Positions 18,305-27,616 of a DNA stretch of 41,038 nucleotides are shown piece after piece (the stretch's first letter is position 1; each line of letters begins with the position of its first letter). Both the position numbers and the translations under genes were made by a program. This DNA is from an uncultured Clostridium sp. GTDB lineage: Bacteria; Bacillota; Clostridia; TANB77; CAG-508. The notes beneath the pieces were generated by a model. That model was not told the DNA's origin, made no database searches, and saw only the letters and a program-made list of their open reading frames with translations. The stretch spans positions 1 through 41,038 of the forward strand of contig CAOJZE010000001.1 in NCBI GenBank assembly GCA_948466095.1. The letters run 5' to 3'.

Positions 18305-19363
18305 ATGAGATTTGTAGATACGGAAGAAGCGAAAAAAGAATATAAGAAATTTTTAGAAGGACATGAAAGAGGCAACTTTCAACAGTCTTTAGAATGGGCA
18401 GAAGTGAAAAAGCCAAACTGGAAGCCAGAAGTCATTTTAGCAGAAGGAAATAACGGGGAAATTATAGGCTCTCTTTGTGTGTGGATTCGTAAAATGCCAA
18501 TTTTTGGTAACATCATGTACTCTTCCAGAGGACCTGTATGTGATATTCATAATATGGCTGTTATGAAACAATTAACAGATGGTGCCAAAGAATTAGCCAA
18601 AAAATACAATGCCATTGTGTTAAGAATGGAGCCAGATATTTTAAGTGATGACCAAGATTTTAGAAATGTAGTAACGAATTTAGGTTATCGCATTAAAGAT
18701 GATGCCAAAGATTTCAAAGACGAAATTCAACCAAGATATGTATTTCGATTAGATATCAAAGGGAAAACAGAAGATGAGATTATGGCAGGCTTCAAACAGA
18801 AATGGAGATATAATATTCGTCTAGCAACCAGAAAAGGTGTTACGATGAAAGAGGGAACCAAAGAAGATTTAAAAGACTTTCACAAAATTATGATAGAAAC
18901 AGGGGCAAGAGATGGTTTCATTATTCGACCTTTAGAATACTTTGAAAAAATGTACGATTGTTTGGGGTCAGACCATATGAAAATATTGATGGCATATTAT
19001 GAAGGTAAACCAATATCAGGCGTTATCCCTATTTTTTATGGTAATAAAACTTGGTATTTATATGGAGCAAGCAGTAATGAACATCGTAACTTAATGCCAA
19101 ACTATTTGTTACAATGGGAAATGATAAAAATGGCAATTAAAAGAAAAGACGATGTATATGATTTTAGAGGAGTTTCAGGAGTTGTAGATGAAAATCATCC
19201 ACAATATGGATTGTATCGTTTTAAACAAGGTTTTGGAGCAACTTTTACCGAGTTTATTGGAGAAGTGTATCTACCATTTAAGCCTCTTACTTATCAATTG
19301 TATCGTTTTTCAGAAAAGGCTTTTAGAACCATTCGTCAATTAAAAATGAAATTAAAAAAATAA
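18305..19363 (+). CDS. FemAB-family peptidoglycan bridge-forming aminoacyl-tRNA-dependent transferase
   Basis: 'FLEGHERGNFQQSLEWAEVK...' and 'KWRYNIRLATRKGV' are typical of FemX/FemAB (lipid II:aminoacyl transferase) proteins. Size is 352 aa. Confidence 0.8.
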   Translation: MRFVDTEEAKKEYKKFLEGHERGNFQQSLEWAEVKKPNWKPEVILAEGNNGEIIGSLCVWIRKMPIFGNIMYSSRGPVCDIHNMAVMKQLTDGAKELAKKYNAIVLRMEPDILSDDQDFRNVVTNLGYRIKDDAKDFKDEIQPRYVFRLDIKGKTEDEIMAGFKQKWRYNIRLATRKGVTMKEGTKEDLKDFHKIMIETGARDGFIIRPLEYFEKMYDCLGSDHMKILMAYYEGKPISGVIPIFYGNKTWYLYGASSNEHRNLMPNYLLQWEMIKMAIKRKDDVYDFRGVSGVVDENHPQYGLYRFKQGFGATFTEFIGEVYLPFKPLTYQLYRFSEKAFRTIRQLKMKLKK

Positions 19364-19391
19364 ATATTAATGTTTTTTATAATTTAATATA

Positions 19392-19575
19392 GTCGACTAA
19401 AAAAATGATAAATTTTCGAAAATGCTCGTTCAAGCTAATTTTCGAATAAATTCTAAATGAATTTAATGGCACCCTTTCAAAGTATATTTGAACTATTTCC
19501 ATTAAATTGATTAAGAATTTCTATCTCAATTACTTTCAATTCGCATTTTTTCAAATTTATCATTTTTTAGTTGAC
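19392..19575. repeat. Palindromic intergenic element F (about 33-bp inverted arms, nested inner inverted repeat)
   Basis: GTCGACTAAAAAAATGATAAATTTTCGAAAATGC (19392-19425) pairs with the reverse complement of GCATTTTTTCAAATTTATCATTTTTTAGTTGAC (19543-19575). The inner pair is GAATAAATTCTAAATGAATTTAATGG / CCATTAAATTGATTAAGAATTTCTATC. Confidence 0.75.
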
Positions 19576-19598
19576 AGAATTTGGTAAAAAATAAAAGG

Positions 19599-20729
19599 AT
19601 GGTAAACGTGAATACTTTAGTAATAAAAAAAGAAGATTTAAGACACAATATAGAAAAAATCAAAGAAATGGCTAACAAAACCGGAAAAGATGATAAGGGC
19701 AATCCCGTCAAAATAATAGCTGTGGTAAAAGGAAATGCCTATGGACTAGGATTAGTGGAATATACAAAGTTTTTAATTGACAATGGTATTTCATTTTTTG
19801 CGGTTTCAACAATAGAAGAAGCCATTCAATTAAGAAAGGCAGGAATCAAAGAAGATATTTTAATGTTATCCTCCACAGCGATTAAAGAAGATGTGGAAAC
19901 TTTAGTACGAAATGACATTATTATTACCATTGGTTCGAAAGAAGATATTGAGGTAGCTGACCAAATTGGAAAAGAGAAGAGTAAGAAAATAAGGGCACAT
20001 CTTAAAATTGATACTGGTTTTGGAAGGTATGGCTTTGTTTATTGTAATCGAGATAGTATGATAGAAGCTTTAAAAAGTATGAAGAATATTGAAATAGAAG
20101 GTACTTTTTCCCATTTTTCACTTAGTTTTTATAACGATAAATATACCAATATACAATTTGAAAGATTTATGGATGTGATTGAAATTTTAAAAATGAATGA
20201 GATAGAAACAGGTATGCTTCATATTTGTAATTCATCAGCCTTTTTAAAATTTCCGAATATGCACTTAAATGCAGTTAGAGTTGGTTCCGCTTTTTCAGGA
20301 AGAATTTCTTTTCAAAATTCAATAGGATTGAAAAGAATCGGAACGTTAGAATCAAAGGTATCAGAAATAAAAGAATTACCCAAAGGATTTAACATTGGCT
20401 ATTCTAACATTTATACAACACCAAAGAAAATGAAAGTGGCTATTATTCCATGTGGCTATATGAATGGTCTTAATGTGAAAAATGATAGAGACATGTTCCG
20501 ATTCATTGATAAAATGCGTTATTTAGCCGAAAGTATGAAATTATTTTTTAAGAAGCAAGCAATGTATGTTAAAATAAATGGTACGAATTGCCAAATTTTA
20601 GGAAGAATTGGAACCTATCATGTGGTATGTGATATAGAGAACAAAGGGGTTGAGATTGGAGATAAAGCAATTTTTTCCGTCAATCCTAAATTGGTAGATT
20701 CAAGCATAAGAAGGGAGTATCAATCATGA
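19599..20729 (+). CDS. alr: Alanine racemase
   Basis: The PLP-lysine motif 'AVVKGNAYGLG' is present and the overall length fits. The start is ambiguous among TTG 19581, ATG 19599 and GTG 19608. Confidence 0.85.
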   Translation: MVNVNTLVIKKEDLRHNIEKIKEMANKTGKDDKGNPVKIIAVVKGNAYGLGLVEYTKFLIDNGISFFAVSTIEEAIQLRKAGIKEDILMLSSTAIKEDVETLVRNDIIITIGSKEDIEVADQIGKEKSKKIRAHLKIDTGFGRYGFVYCNRDSMIEALKSMKNIEIEGTFSHFSLSFYNDKYTNIQFERFMDVIEILKMNEIETGMLHICNSSAFLKFPNMHLNAVRVGSAFSGRISFQNSIGLKRIGTLESKVSEIKELPKGFNIGYSNIYTTPKKMKVAIIPCGYMNGLNVKNDRDMFRFIDKMRYLAESMKLFFKKQAMYVKINGTNCQILGRIGTYHVVCDIENKGVEIGDKAIFSVNPKLVDSSIRREYQS

Positions 20730-21802
20730 GTGAAGAAAAACAAGAAAAAAATAATACGTTAAAGCAAGGATTTTTTCAAAAAGTATGGAATTCTATCACA
20801 AAAATTGAAAAGTATCCAGATATGGCAGCAGAAGGATTGGGGAGAGCCTTTACGTATATCTGTAGAATCGTAGCAATTTTAGCGATTGTCCTTTGTCTTG
20901 GTACAATCTATCAGACACATCAAATGCTACAAGAGGGTATGAGATATTTAAAAGAGGAATTTCCAGAATTTACGTATAAAGAAGGAAGACTAGATGTTTC
21001 TTCAGACGAAAGACTTACGATTTCAGAAGAAGACTCTTATGTAGGAAGAACCATTATTGATACGAAAACAGAAGAAGAGCAATCCATCAATCAATATATC
21101 AATGAGATTGAAAAGTCTGGAAGCGGAATGATTATTTTAAAAGATAAAGTTATTTTGAAAAATGGAGCAATAGCAGGAACGATTAATTATCAATATAAAG
21201 AACTTTTACAACAAATAGGAATCACGGAATTTACGAAGCAAAATGTAATCGATTATGCGAATAGTTCCCAAATCATAACCGTATATATTAGCGTGTTTAT
21301 TACGATATTTGCTTATAGTTTTATCATGTATCTTTTGACGACTCTATCTAATGCTGTATTTTTAAGTGTTTTTGGCTTTTTGACCACCTGGATAGCACGT
21401 ATTAAAATGAGATTTTTGGCTGTATTTAATATGTCAATTTATGCACTTACCTTATCTATTTTCTTAAATATATTGTACATTGCTGTTAATATTTTTATGG
21501 ATTTTAATATGGAATATTTCCAAGTTATGTATGTTTCTGTTGCAGCAATTTACCTAGTAGCAGCTATCTTTATATTAAAAACAGAATTTGTGAAACAACA
21601 AATTGAATTGATGAAAATTTTAGAGGCACAAGAAATGGTAAAGAAGGAAATGGAAGAAAAACAACAAGAGGAAAAACAGGAACAAGAGAAGAAGGAAAGG
21701 CAAGAAAAGGATAAAAAAGAAGAGAAAGAACAGAAGAAAAATCAGAAAGAAGATAAAGAAAAACAAGAAGAGGTGGATGGGGGAGAGCCACAAGGGGTTT
21801 AA
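20726..21802 (+). CDS. DUF1189-like polytopic membrane protein with a K/E-rich C-terminal tail
   Basis: The start overlaps the alr stop (ATGA). The N-terminus 'FFQKVWNSITKIEKYPDMAAEGLGRAFTYI' and the TM layout resemble DUF1189. The tail is 'EEKQQEEKQEQEKKERQEKDKKEEKEQKKNQKEDKEKQEE'. Confidence 0.45.
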   Translation: MSEEKQEKNNTLKQGFFQKVWNSITKIEKYPDMAAEGLGRAFTYICRIVAILAIVLCLGTIYQTHQMLQEGMRYLKEEFPEFTYKEGRLDVSSDERLTISEEDSYVGRTIIDTKTEEEQSINQYINEIEKSGSGMIILKDKVILKNGAIAGTINYQYKELLQQIGITEFTKQNVIDYANSSQIITVYISVFITIFAYSFIMYLLTTLSNAVFLSVFGFLTTWIARIKMRFLAVFNMSIYALTLSIFLNILYIAVNIFMDFNMEYFQVMYVSVAAIYLVAAIFILKTEFVKQQIELMKILEAQEMVKKEMEEKQQEEKQEQEKKERQEKDKKEEKEQKKNQKEDKEKQEEVDGGEPQGV

Positions 21803-21846
21803 GTTTCGAAACTGGATGAAACGATTAAAAGGAAGGAAGTAAAAAT

Positions 21847-23640
21847 ATGAGTAAGAAAAAGGATGAGAAATCAAAAAATAAAAAAATGTGGATATATCTG
21901 ATTAGTCTAGTAGTACTATTGGTTTTATTAGTAGGATTAGCCATCGTTTTTATGAATCAAAAAGATAAAAAAGACGAAAATACATTAGCCTATACAGATT
22001 TAATCAAAGAATTAGCAAATGGAAACATTGAAAAAATCGAGATGACAGTCAATAGTACTACCGTTAAAGTAAAACAAAAAGAGGTAGAAGAGGAGAAAAA
22101 ATCCATTGTTCCCAACACAGAAAGCTTCATTGGATTAGTACAAGACAAAGTAGCAGAAGGAAATGAAATAGAATTAATACAAAAACCAAGAAGTCCACTA
22201 GCACAAATTCCAGCTTTTATTATATCCTTTTTACCGACCTTCATTATGCTTGCTTTATTTATCATGATATTTAAAATGCAAGGATTGGGAGAAAAAGGGA
22301 AAGTATATGATGATACGGAAAGAAAAACAAAAGTTAAATTTAATGATGTGGCAGGTTTAGACGAAGAAAAAGAAGAGTTAGTTGAAATTGTAGAATTTTT
22401 GAAAAAGCCAGAAAAATTCACAAAAATGGGAGCCAAAATTCCAAAAGGTGTTTTATTATATGGAAAGCCAGGAACAGGTAAAACATTAATTGCAAAAGCA
22501 ATTGCAGGAGAAGCAGATGTTCCCTTTATTTCTATGAGTGGGTCTGAATTTATCGAAATGTTTGCAGGTCTTGGAGCTTCTCGTGTTAGAAAATTATTTG
22601 AAAAAGCTAGAAAATTAGCACCCTGTATTGTATTTATTGATGAAATTGATGCGATTGGTTCTAGAAGAAGTTCTAATAGTGGAGCAGAAACAGAAAATAA
22701 CCAAACGTTAAATCAATTATTGGTAGAAATGGACGGCTTTAGTTCAGAAGAAACGATTATTGTACTAGCAGCAACCAACCGACCAGAAATGTTGGACAAA
22801 GCATTGTTAAGACCAGGAAGATTTGACAGACAAATTACGATTCCAACACCAGATTTAAAAGGAAGATTAGAAATTCTGAAAATACATGCAGAGGACAAAA
22901 GAATGGCAGATGATGTGAATTTAGAAAGTATAGCAGAAGATACAGCAGGATTGACAGGAGCAGAATTGGCTAATATCTTAAATGAAGCAGCTATCATAGC
23001 CACGAAAAATAAGCATGAAGATATTGAAAATGATGATATTGAAGAAGCGGTAAAAAAGGTAACAGTAGGACTAGAAAAACGTACCAGAGTTTATTCGGAA
23101 AAAGACAAAAAACTAACCGCATACCACGAAGCAGGACATGCCGTTGTTAGTCGATATTTGCCAACACAAACGGATGTAAAAGAAGTATCTATTATTCCAA
23201 GAGGGGTAGCTGGTGGTTATACCATGTATAAATCAGATGAGGACAAATATTATATCTCTAAAACAGAAATGCAAGAAAAATTAATTGCTTTATTAGGGGG
23301 AAGAGCAGCAGAAAAATTAGTATTAGATGATATTTCTACAGGAGCTAGCAATGATATTGAAGTAGCAACCCAAATAGCAAGAGACATGGTAACCAAATAT
23401 GGCATGAGTGACACTTTGGGTCCAATTGATTTTCAAGGAAAAGAGCCATATGAAATGCAAATGTTTGGCGAAGATATTGGAGATAAGATTGGACAAGAAG
23501 TAAAAACACTAATTGATACGGCTTATAATTATGCACAAACTTTGTTAAAAAAACATCGAGATAAGTTAGATAGCATAGCAGAGGAACTATTACAGAAAGA
23601 AAAAATAAATGAAACTGATTTCAAAAAGTTTTTTGATTGA
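21847..23640 (+). CDS. ftsH: ATP-dependent zinc metalloprotease FtsH
   Basis: Contains Walker A 'GKPGTGKT', an AAA second region of homology and the zinc site 'HEAGHA'. Confidence 0.95.
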   Translation: MSKKKDEKSKNKKMWIYLISLVVLLVLLVGLAIVFMNQKDKKDENTLAYTDLIKELANGNIEKIEMTVNSTTVKVKQKEVEEEKKSIVPNTESFIGLVQDKVAEGNEIELIQKPRSPLAQIPAFIISFLPTFIMLALFIMIFKMQGLGEKGKVYDDTERKTKVKFNDVAGLDEEKEELVEIVEFLKKPEKFTKMGAKIPKGVLLYGKPGTGKTLIAKAIAGEADVPFISMSGSEFIEMFAGLGASRVRKLFEKARKLAPCIVFIDEIDAIGSRRSSNSGAETENNQTLNQLLVEMDGFSSEETIIVLAATNRPEMLDKALLRPGRFDRQITIPTPDLKGRLEILKIHAEDKRMADDVNLESIAEDTAGLTGAELANILNEAAIIATKNKHEDIENDDIEEAVKKVTVGLEKRTRVYSEKDKKLTAYHEAGHAVVSRYLPTQTDVKEVSIIPRGVAGGYTMYKSDEDKYYISKTEMQEKLIALLGGRAAEKLVLDDISTGASNDIEVATQIARDMVTKYGMSDTLGPIDFQGKEPYEMQMFGEDIGDKIGQEVKTLIDTAYNYAQTLLKKHRDKLDSIAEELLQKEKINETDFKKFFD

Positions 23641-23650
23641 GAAATATCCA

Positions 23651-23679
23651 TTGCAAATGCGTAAAAATTAGAGTATAAT
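23651..23679 (+). promoter_or_regulatory. SigA-type promoter candidate
   Basis: TTGCAA (23651-23656), a 17-nt spacer, then TATAAT (23674-23679). The leader contains a perfect 9-bp hairpin TAAACTGAT/ATCAGTTTA. Confidence 0.45.
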
Positions 23680-23774
23680 ATAAATGCTATAAAGCAAAAA
23701 GCTTATGTGCAATATTCCTTTAAACTGATTTTAAGTAAAGTATCAGTTTAAAATATAAAAAGGAGGAATACAAA

Positions 23775-24056
23775 TTGATAGTACAATTTAATGTACAAGC
23801 AACAGTTTTGATTGTCCAGGTGATGGTAATGATTGGATTAACCATAAGATTGTGGAAATTGTTTCATAAGAATTTTTCTGATATTCGGTTATCGACAATC
23901 ATATTTACGTTATTATTATCATTTGTAGGAGTGGTTGCTACTGCAATAGGTTTGGTAATGGAAATCAGTTGCATTGGTTTATTATTCGGTATATGTGATT
24001 TTATCGAATTTGTCCTAACATTCTGGATTTTAAAGGGCTATATAGAGAAACTTTAA
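23775..24056 (+). CDS. Small hydrophobic membrane protein (93 aa, about 3 TM)
   Basis: TTG start 8 nt after AGGAGG. The sequence is strongly hydrophobic and no family was recognised. Confidence 0.45.
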   Translation: MIVQFNVQATVLIVQVMVMIGLTIRLWKLFHKNFSDIRLSTIIFTLLLSFVGVVATAIGLVMEISCIGLLFGICDFIEFVLTFWILKGYIEKL

Positions 24057-24071
24057 ATTGTGTGTATCGTA

Positions 24072-24122
24072 GAAACAACCTGAGATACTTGAAAAAGTAT
24101 TTTAGGTTGTTTCCTATTTTTT
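24072..24122 (+). terminator. Rho-independent terminator (nested hairpin)
   Basis: GAAACAACCT (24072-24081) pairs with AGGTTGTTTC (24104-24113). There is an inner ATACTT/AAGTAT hairpin, followed by CTATTTTTT. Confidence 0.55.
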
Positions 24123-24177
24123 GTAAAATGTCATTTTGGAGAATCTTGTTAAAAAACCAAACTTAAAAATAAATTCG

Positions 24178-24206
24178 TTGTCAATCAAAATAGGGTATGG
24201 TATAAT
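24178..24206 (+). promoter_or_regulatory. SigA-type promoter candidate for prmC (extended -10)
   Basis: TTGTCA (24178-24183), a 17-nt spacer ending in TGg, then TATAAT (24201-24206). Confidence 0.5.
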
Positions 24207-24223
24207 CATACTAGAAAGAAGGT

Positions 24224-25072
24224 ATGAATATGACCATCCAAGAAGCAATGGGAAAAGCCAATATACAACTAAAAACCAAAAACATTGACAGTCCAAAATT
24301 AAAAGCTAGGTTACTCATGCAATATATCTTAAAGCAAAACAGACAATACCTAATGGTACATGACGAAAATAAATTAACACAAGAGCAAAAAGAAAAATAT
24401 TTCAAAGCGATAGAAAAATTAATCAAAGGAATTCCTTTACAACATATTACACACCAACAAGAATTTATGAAAATGAATTTCTATGTTAATGAAGATGTAT
24501 TAATACCTAGAGCAGACACAGAAGTTTTAGTAGAAGAAGTGCTTCAAATTGCTAAAAAAATCAATGCCAAAAAAATATTAGATTTGTGTACAGGAAGTGG
24601 AGCCATAGCAATATCACTTGCTAAATACATAGAAAATAGTCAGATTACAGCGACTGATATAAGTGAAGAGGCTTTATCGATAGCGGAAAGGAATGCTAAA
24701 AATAACAAGGTGGATAAGCAAATTGCTTTTCTTTCTTCGAATTTATTTTATGAAATACCGCAAGAAAAATATGATATGATTGTGTCCAATCCACCTTATA
24801 TAAAAACAGAAATTGTGAAAACATTAGACAAAGAAGTGCAAAATGAGCCACTTATGGCATTGGATGGAGGTTGGGATGGTTTGGACTTTTATCGTAAAAT
24901 TATTCATCAAGCAGATGATTTCTTAAAATATGGTGGTTATTTGTGCTTAGAAATTGGTTATGACCAAAAAGAGGATGTAATGGATTTGATAAAAAAAGAG
25001 GAAAAGTATACGAATCCTTATTGTAAAAAGGATTTGTATGGGAAGGACAGAGTAGTTGTGACCAAATTATAG
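24224..25072 (+). CDS. prmC: Peptide chain release factor N5-glutamine methyltransferase
   Basis: Contains the SAM-binding 'DLCTGSGAIA' and catalytic 'NPPY' motifs. The start could be the ATG at 24230. Confidence 0.85.
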   Translation: MNMTIQEAMGKANIQLKTKNIDSPKLKARLLMQYILKQNRQYLMVHDENKLTQEQKEKYFKAIEKLIKGIPLQHITHQQEFMKMNFYVNEDVLIPRADTEVLVEEVLQIAKKINAKKILDLCTGSGAIAISLAKYIENSQITATDISEEALSIAERNAKNNKVDKQIAFLSSNLFYEIPQEKYDMIVSNPPYIKTEIVKTLDKEVQNEPLMALDGGWDGLDFYRKIIHQADDFLKYGGYLCLEIGYDQKEDVMDLIKKEEKYTNPYCKKDLYGKDRVVVTKL

Positions 25073-25105
25073 ATTTCAATTATTATTAATGTTTTTAGTT
25101 TAACG

Positions 25106-25214
25106 TTTATTATATTTTTTATTTGTAACTCCCAACATCACCAGTGTGTAATTGCATAACAGACTGTAGCTTGTTGGTCCCCACGATTTGTTACTGCATA
25201 AAAAATATAATAAA
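25106..25214. repeat. Palindromic intergenic element D1 (family D)
   Basis: Terminal inverted repeat TTTATTATATTTTTTAT / ATAAAAAATATAATAAA, inner GTAAC...GTTAC, and a central hairpin around CAGTGTGT...ACAGACTG. About 110 bp, homologous to 34753-34862. Confidence 0.75.
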
Positions 25215-25251
25215 CTTAAAAAAGCAAGTAAAAGAAAAAAGGAGAGGTAAG

Positions 25252-26113
25252 ATGTCATTTTCTTCTGATATTAAGCAAGAATTAAATAAAAATAGTAACT
25301 TATCCAACAACGAATTGGTAAAAAATGAATTAATGGGATATTTAATATCTGGAAATACCAATATAGTCAATCAGAAAGAAATCAAGTTTTCAACAGAAAG
25401 TGATTATAACATTAATCGCTTTTCTAAGCTCTTATCCAATTTAGAGATTGACCATAAAATAGACATATCACGGAAAAATATTTGTCATTACCGTTAAAAG
25501 AAAAGACATAAACATGGTTTCCATACAAAATAAAGAAATTTATCTAGCATCTGAAACGAATTGGAAAGAAGAGAATGGAAAAGCAATTGTGAGAGGTGCT
25601 TTCATGGGGTCAGGTTCGGTTAATAATCCAGAAAAGGAATATCATTTAGAAATCAATGTAAGCAATCAGCAAAACCGAGATAAATTAGTAAACATATTGC
25701 AAACATTGGGAATCTGTGTAAAAACTTTTCAATTATCTATCTATATCAAAGAAGGCGAAGAAATTTCAAAATTTTTAGCCCTAATAGGAGCAGGTAAAGC
25801 TGTTATGCAATTTGAGGATATTCGAATTCAAAAAGAAATGAGAGGGAAAGTCAATCGATTGGTGAATTGTGAAACAGCTAATTTAAACAAAACTATCAAT
25901 GCTTCCATTCAACAAATTGCGGCTATCAAAAAACTACAAAAAACAGGAAAATTTCAAAAATTAGAGGAAAATTTAAAAGAGATTGCGAGGTTACGATTAG
26001 AAAATCCAGATATGTCATTAATTGAATTAGGAAAATTATTAAAAGAACCAATCGGCAAATCAGGCGTGAATTATCGATTAAAAAAGATTATGGAGATAGC
26101 AGATGAAAAGTAA
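25252..26113 (+). CDS. whiA: DNA-binding protein WhiA, split by a +1 frameshift between 25463 and 25495
   Basis: The N-terminal part 'MSFSSDIKQEL...' (frame 1, stop at 25497) and the C-terminal part '...FVITVKRKDINMVSIQ...AIVRGAFMGSGSVNNPEKEYHLE...NRLVNCETANLNK...GKSGVNYRLKKI' (frame 2) together make a normal WhiA. Confidence 0.85.
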
Positions 26114-27236
26114 AGAGTTAGGCATTTATATTCATATACCATTTTGTAAAAGTAAATGTTATTATTGCGACTTTGTATCTTATACAGACCAATGTGGTCA
26201 AGTGGAGAATTACATACAAAAAGTAAGCAAAGAAATGGAACAGTATGATATCAGTAATTATGATGTTACAACCATTTATATAGGGGGAGGAACTCCCTCT
26301 TTTATCCATGAAAAATATATCGAACAATTATTAGTAAAGCTAAACACAAAATTAAAAAACAATCAAACCAGATTTGAGGACATAGAAATTACGATAGAAA
26401 TTAATCCAGGAACGATTACTAGGAAAAAATTAGAACAATACAAGAAATCAGGTATCAATCGAATTAGCATTGGTTTGCAAAGTACGAAAGATGTGTTATT
26501 AAAACAAATAGGAAGAATCCATAATTATCAGGAGTTTTTAGAAACATATCAAATGGTAAAAGAAATTGGTTTTGAAAATATTAACATAGACCTTATGATA
26601 GGATTACCGAATCAAACGATTCAAGATATGAAAGAAACACTAGAAGAAATCCAAAAATTGAACCCGAGTCATGTGAGCGTGTATTCGCTAATCGTAGAAG
26701 AGAATACCAAAATGGAGAAAATGATTAGCACAGGAGAGTTGCAATTGCTAGAGGAAGAGCTAGAAAGACAAATGTACTGGTATGTAAAAAATACATTAGA
26801 ATTAAATGGATATAAGCATTATGAAATATCTAATTTTGCTAAAAAAGGGAAAGAATCTAAACATAATTGGAACTGTTGGGAACAAAAGGAATATATTGGA
26901 TTAGGAGCAACAGCTCATTCCTATTTAAATGGTATTCGCTATTCTAATTCGGTTTTTACAGAAGCGGGAGAGTGGGATTTTAAGGATAAAACCATTGAAG
27001 AAAAGCAAACTTTAGAGGAACAGAAAAAAGAGTATATGTTGTTAGGATTACGAAAAATAGAGGGAGTGAGTATTCAAAAATTCAAAGAAAAGTTTGTGAA
27101 AAATCCCATTTTTTTGTTTCGAGAAGAGATTGAAAAGTTGGTAGAAGAACAATTGCTAGTGGTAGATGGCGATTGGATTCGATTGACTAATAAAGGAATG
27201 GATTTGGCTAATTTAGTTTGGAAAGAATTTGTTTAA
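26103..27236 (+). CDS. hemW: Radical SAM heme chaperone HemW (HemN-like, oxygen-independent coproporphyrinogen oxidase family)
   Basis: 'YIHIPFCKSKCYYCDF' (CxxxCxxC) and the HemN_C-like C-terminus. Confidence 0.85.
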   Translation: MKSKELGIYIHIPFCKSKCYYCDFVSYTDQCGQVENYIQKVSKEMEQYDISNYDVTTIYIGGGTPSFIHEKYIEQLLVKLNTKLKNNQTRFEDIEITIEINPGTITRKKLEQYKKSGINRISIGLQSTKDVLLKQIGRIHNYQEFLETYQMVKEIGFENINIDLMIGLPNQTIQDMKETLEEIQKLNPSHVSVYSLIVEENTKMEKMISTGELQLLEEELERQMYWYVKNTLELNGYKHYEISNFAKKGKESKHNWNCWEQKEYIGLGATAHSYLNGIRYSNSVFTEAGEWDFKDKTIEEKQTLEEQKKEYMLLGLRKIEGVSIQKFKEKFVKNPIFLFREEIEKLVEEQLLVVDGDWIRLTNKGMDLANLVWKEFV

Positions 27237-27269
27237 AATTAAATAACATGAGGGAGGAACATCAATTTT

Positions 27270-27475
27270 GCTAATTTAAGGTTTATCTATTATTTTTTAC
27301 ACTTTGAGTGTTGCAACCTTCAGATTTTAAACATGGTAGGTTGCTCCAATCGCGCTTGTCAAAGGCTCGTTTTGCTGTCCACTGTTAAAGCTTGGCTTGT
27401 TACAATGGCAGTATGCAGTGGCTGGTCGCTTACGCAGTGTCGCAAAATAATAGATAACACTTTAAGTTGGTAGCA
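27270..27475. repeat. Palindromic intergenic element B1 (family B, long form)
   Basis: Inverted repeat TTATCTATTATTTT (27283-) / AAAATAATAGATAA (-27457). There is a conserved inner hairpin GCAACCT...AGGTTGC. The element is homologous to 37705-37842 but carries about 50 extra bp (TGCTGTCCACTG...GCAGTGGC). Confidence 0.75.
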
Positions 27476-27530
27476 TTGCATGAACACTATCTTTAATTTC
27501 TTAAAAAAAGATTAAATTTTTCAAAAAACA

Positions 27531-27559
27531 TTGCATAATTTTAACTATAATAGTATAAT
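27531..27559 (+). promoter_or_regulatory. SigA-type promoter candidate for the GT2 gene
   Basis: TTGCAT (27531-27536), a 17-nt spacer, then TATAAT (27554-27559). Confidence 0.45.
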
Positions 27560-27616
27560 AGTAGATGTAGCATAATATTATTATATAGAAATAATATTAA
27601 AAAGAGAGGTAAAAAA

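Noticed and set aside
21600-21802. K/E-rich tail of the DUF1189-like protein and the T/N/K-rich tail of the PBP (40440-40659) as special repeat features
   Set aside because: They are real low-complexity coding segments (GAA/AAA-rich and ACA/AAT-rich). They are compositionally expected in an AT-rich genome and carry no further detectable structure.
21570-21874. Minus-strand ORFs overlapping known plus-strand genes. Examples: 3994-4239, 4480-4674, 5492-5818, 11427-11636, 12602-12799, 13481-13759, 21570-21874, 21990-22436, 22713-23003, 31762-32309, 32613-33392, 37965-38658 and 40368-40640.
   Set aside because: All lie antisense to confidently identified genes. They translate to low-complexity Leu/Phe/Ser/Ile-rich strings and lack RBS-like sequences. 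They are typical shadow ORFs of AT-rich coding DNA.
25144-25251. N-terminal extension of the whiA ORF (computed ORF start at the GTG at 25144)
   Set aside because: The extension lies inside repeat element D1 and has no RBS. The ATG at 25252 follows GGAGAGG and gives the canonical WhiA N-terminus MSFSSDIKQEL.
27283-27457. Family B element as a 6S RNA or other known housekeeping ncRNA (a long imperfect hairpin of about 140-200 nt)
   Set aside because: I recognise no diagnostic 6S, SRP, RNase P or tmRNA sequence motifs. There are two diverged copies, one nested in another repeat, and no obvious promoter or terminator. A MITE/REP-like explanation is more parsimonious. It is left as something to test with cmscan.
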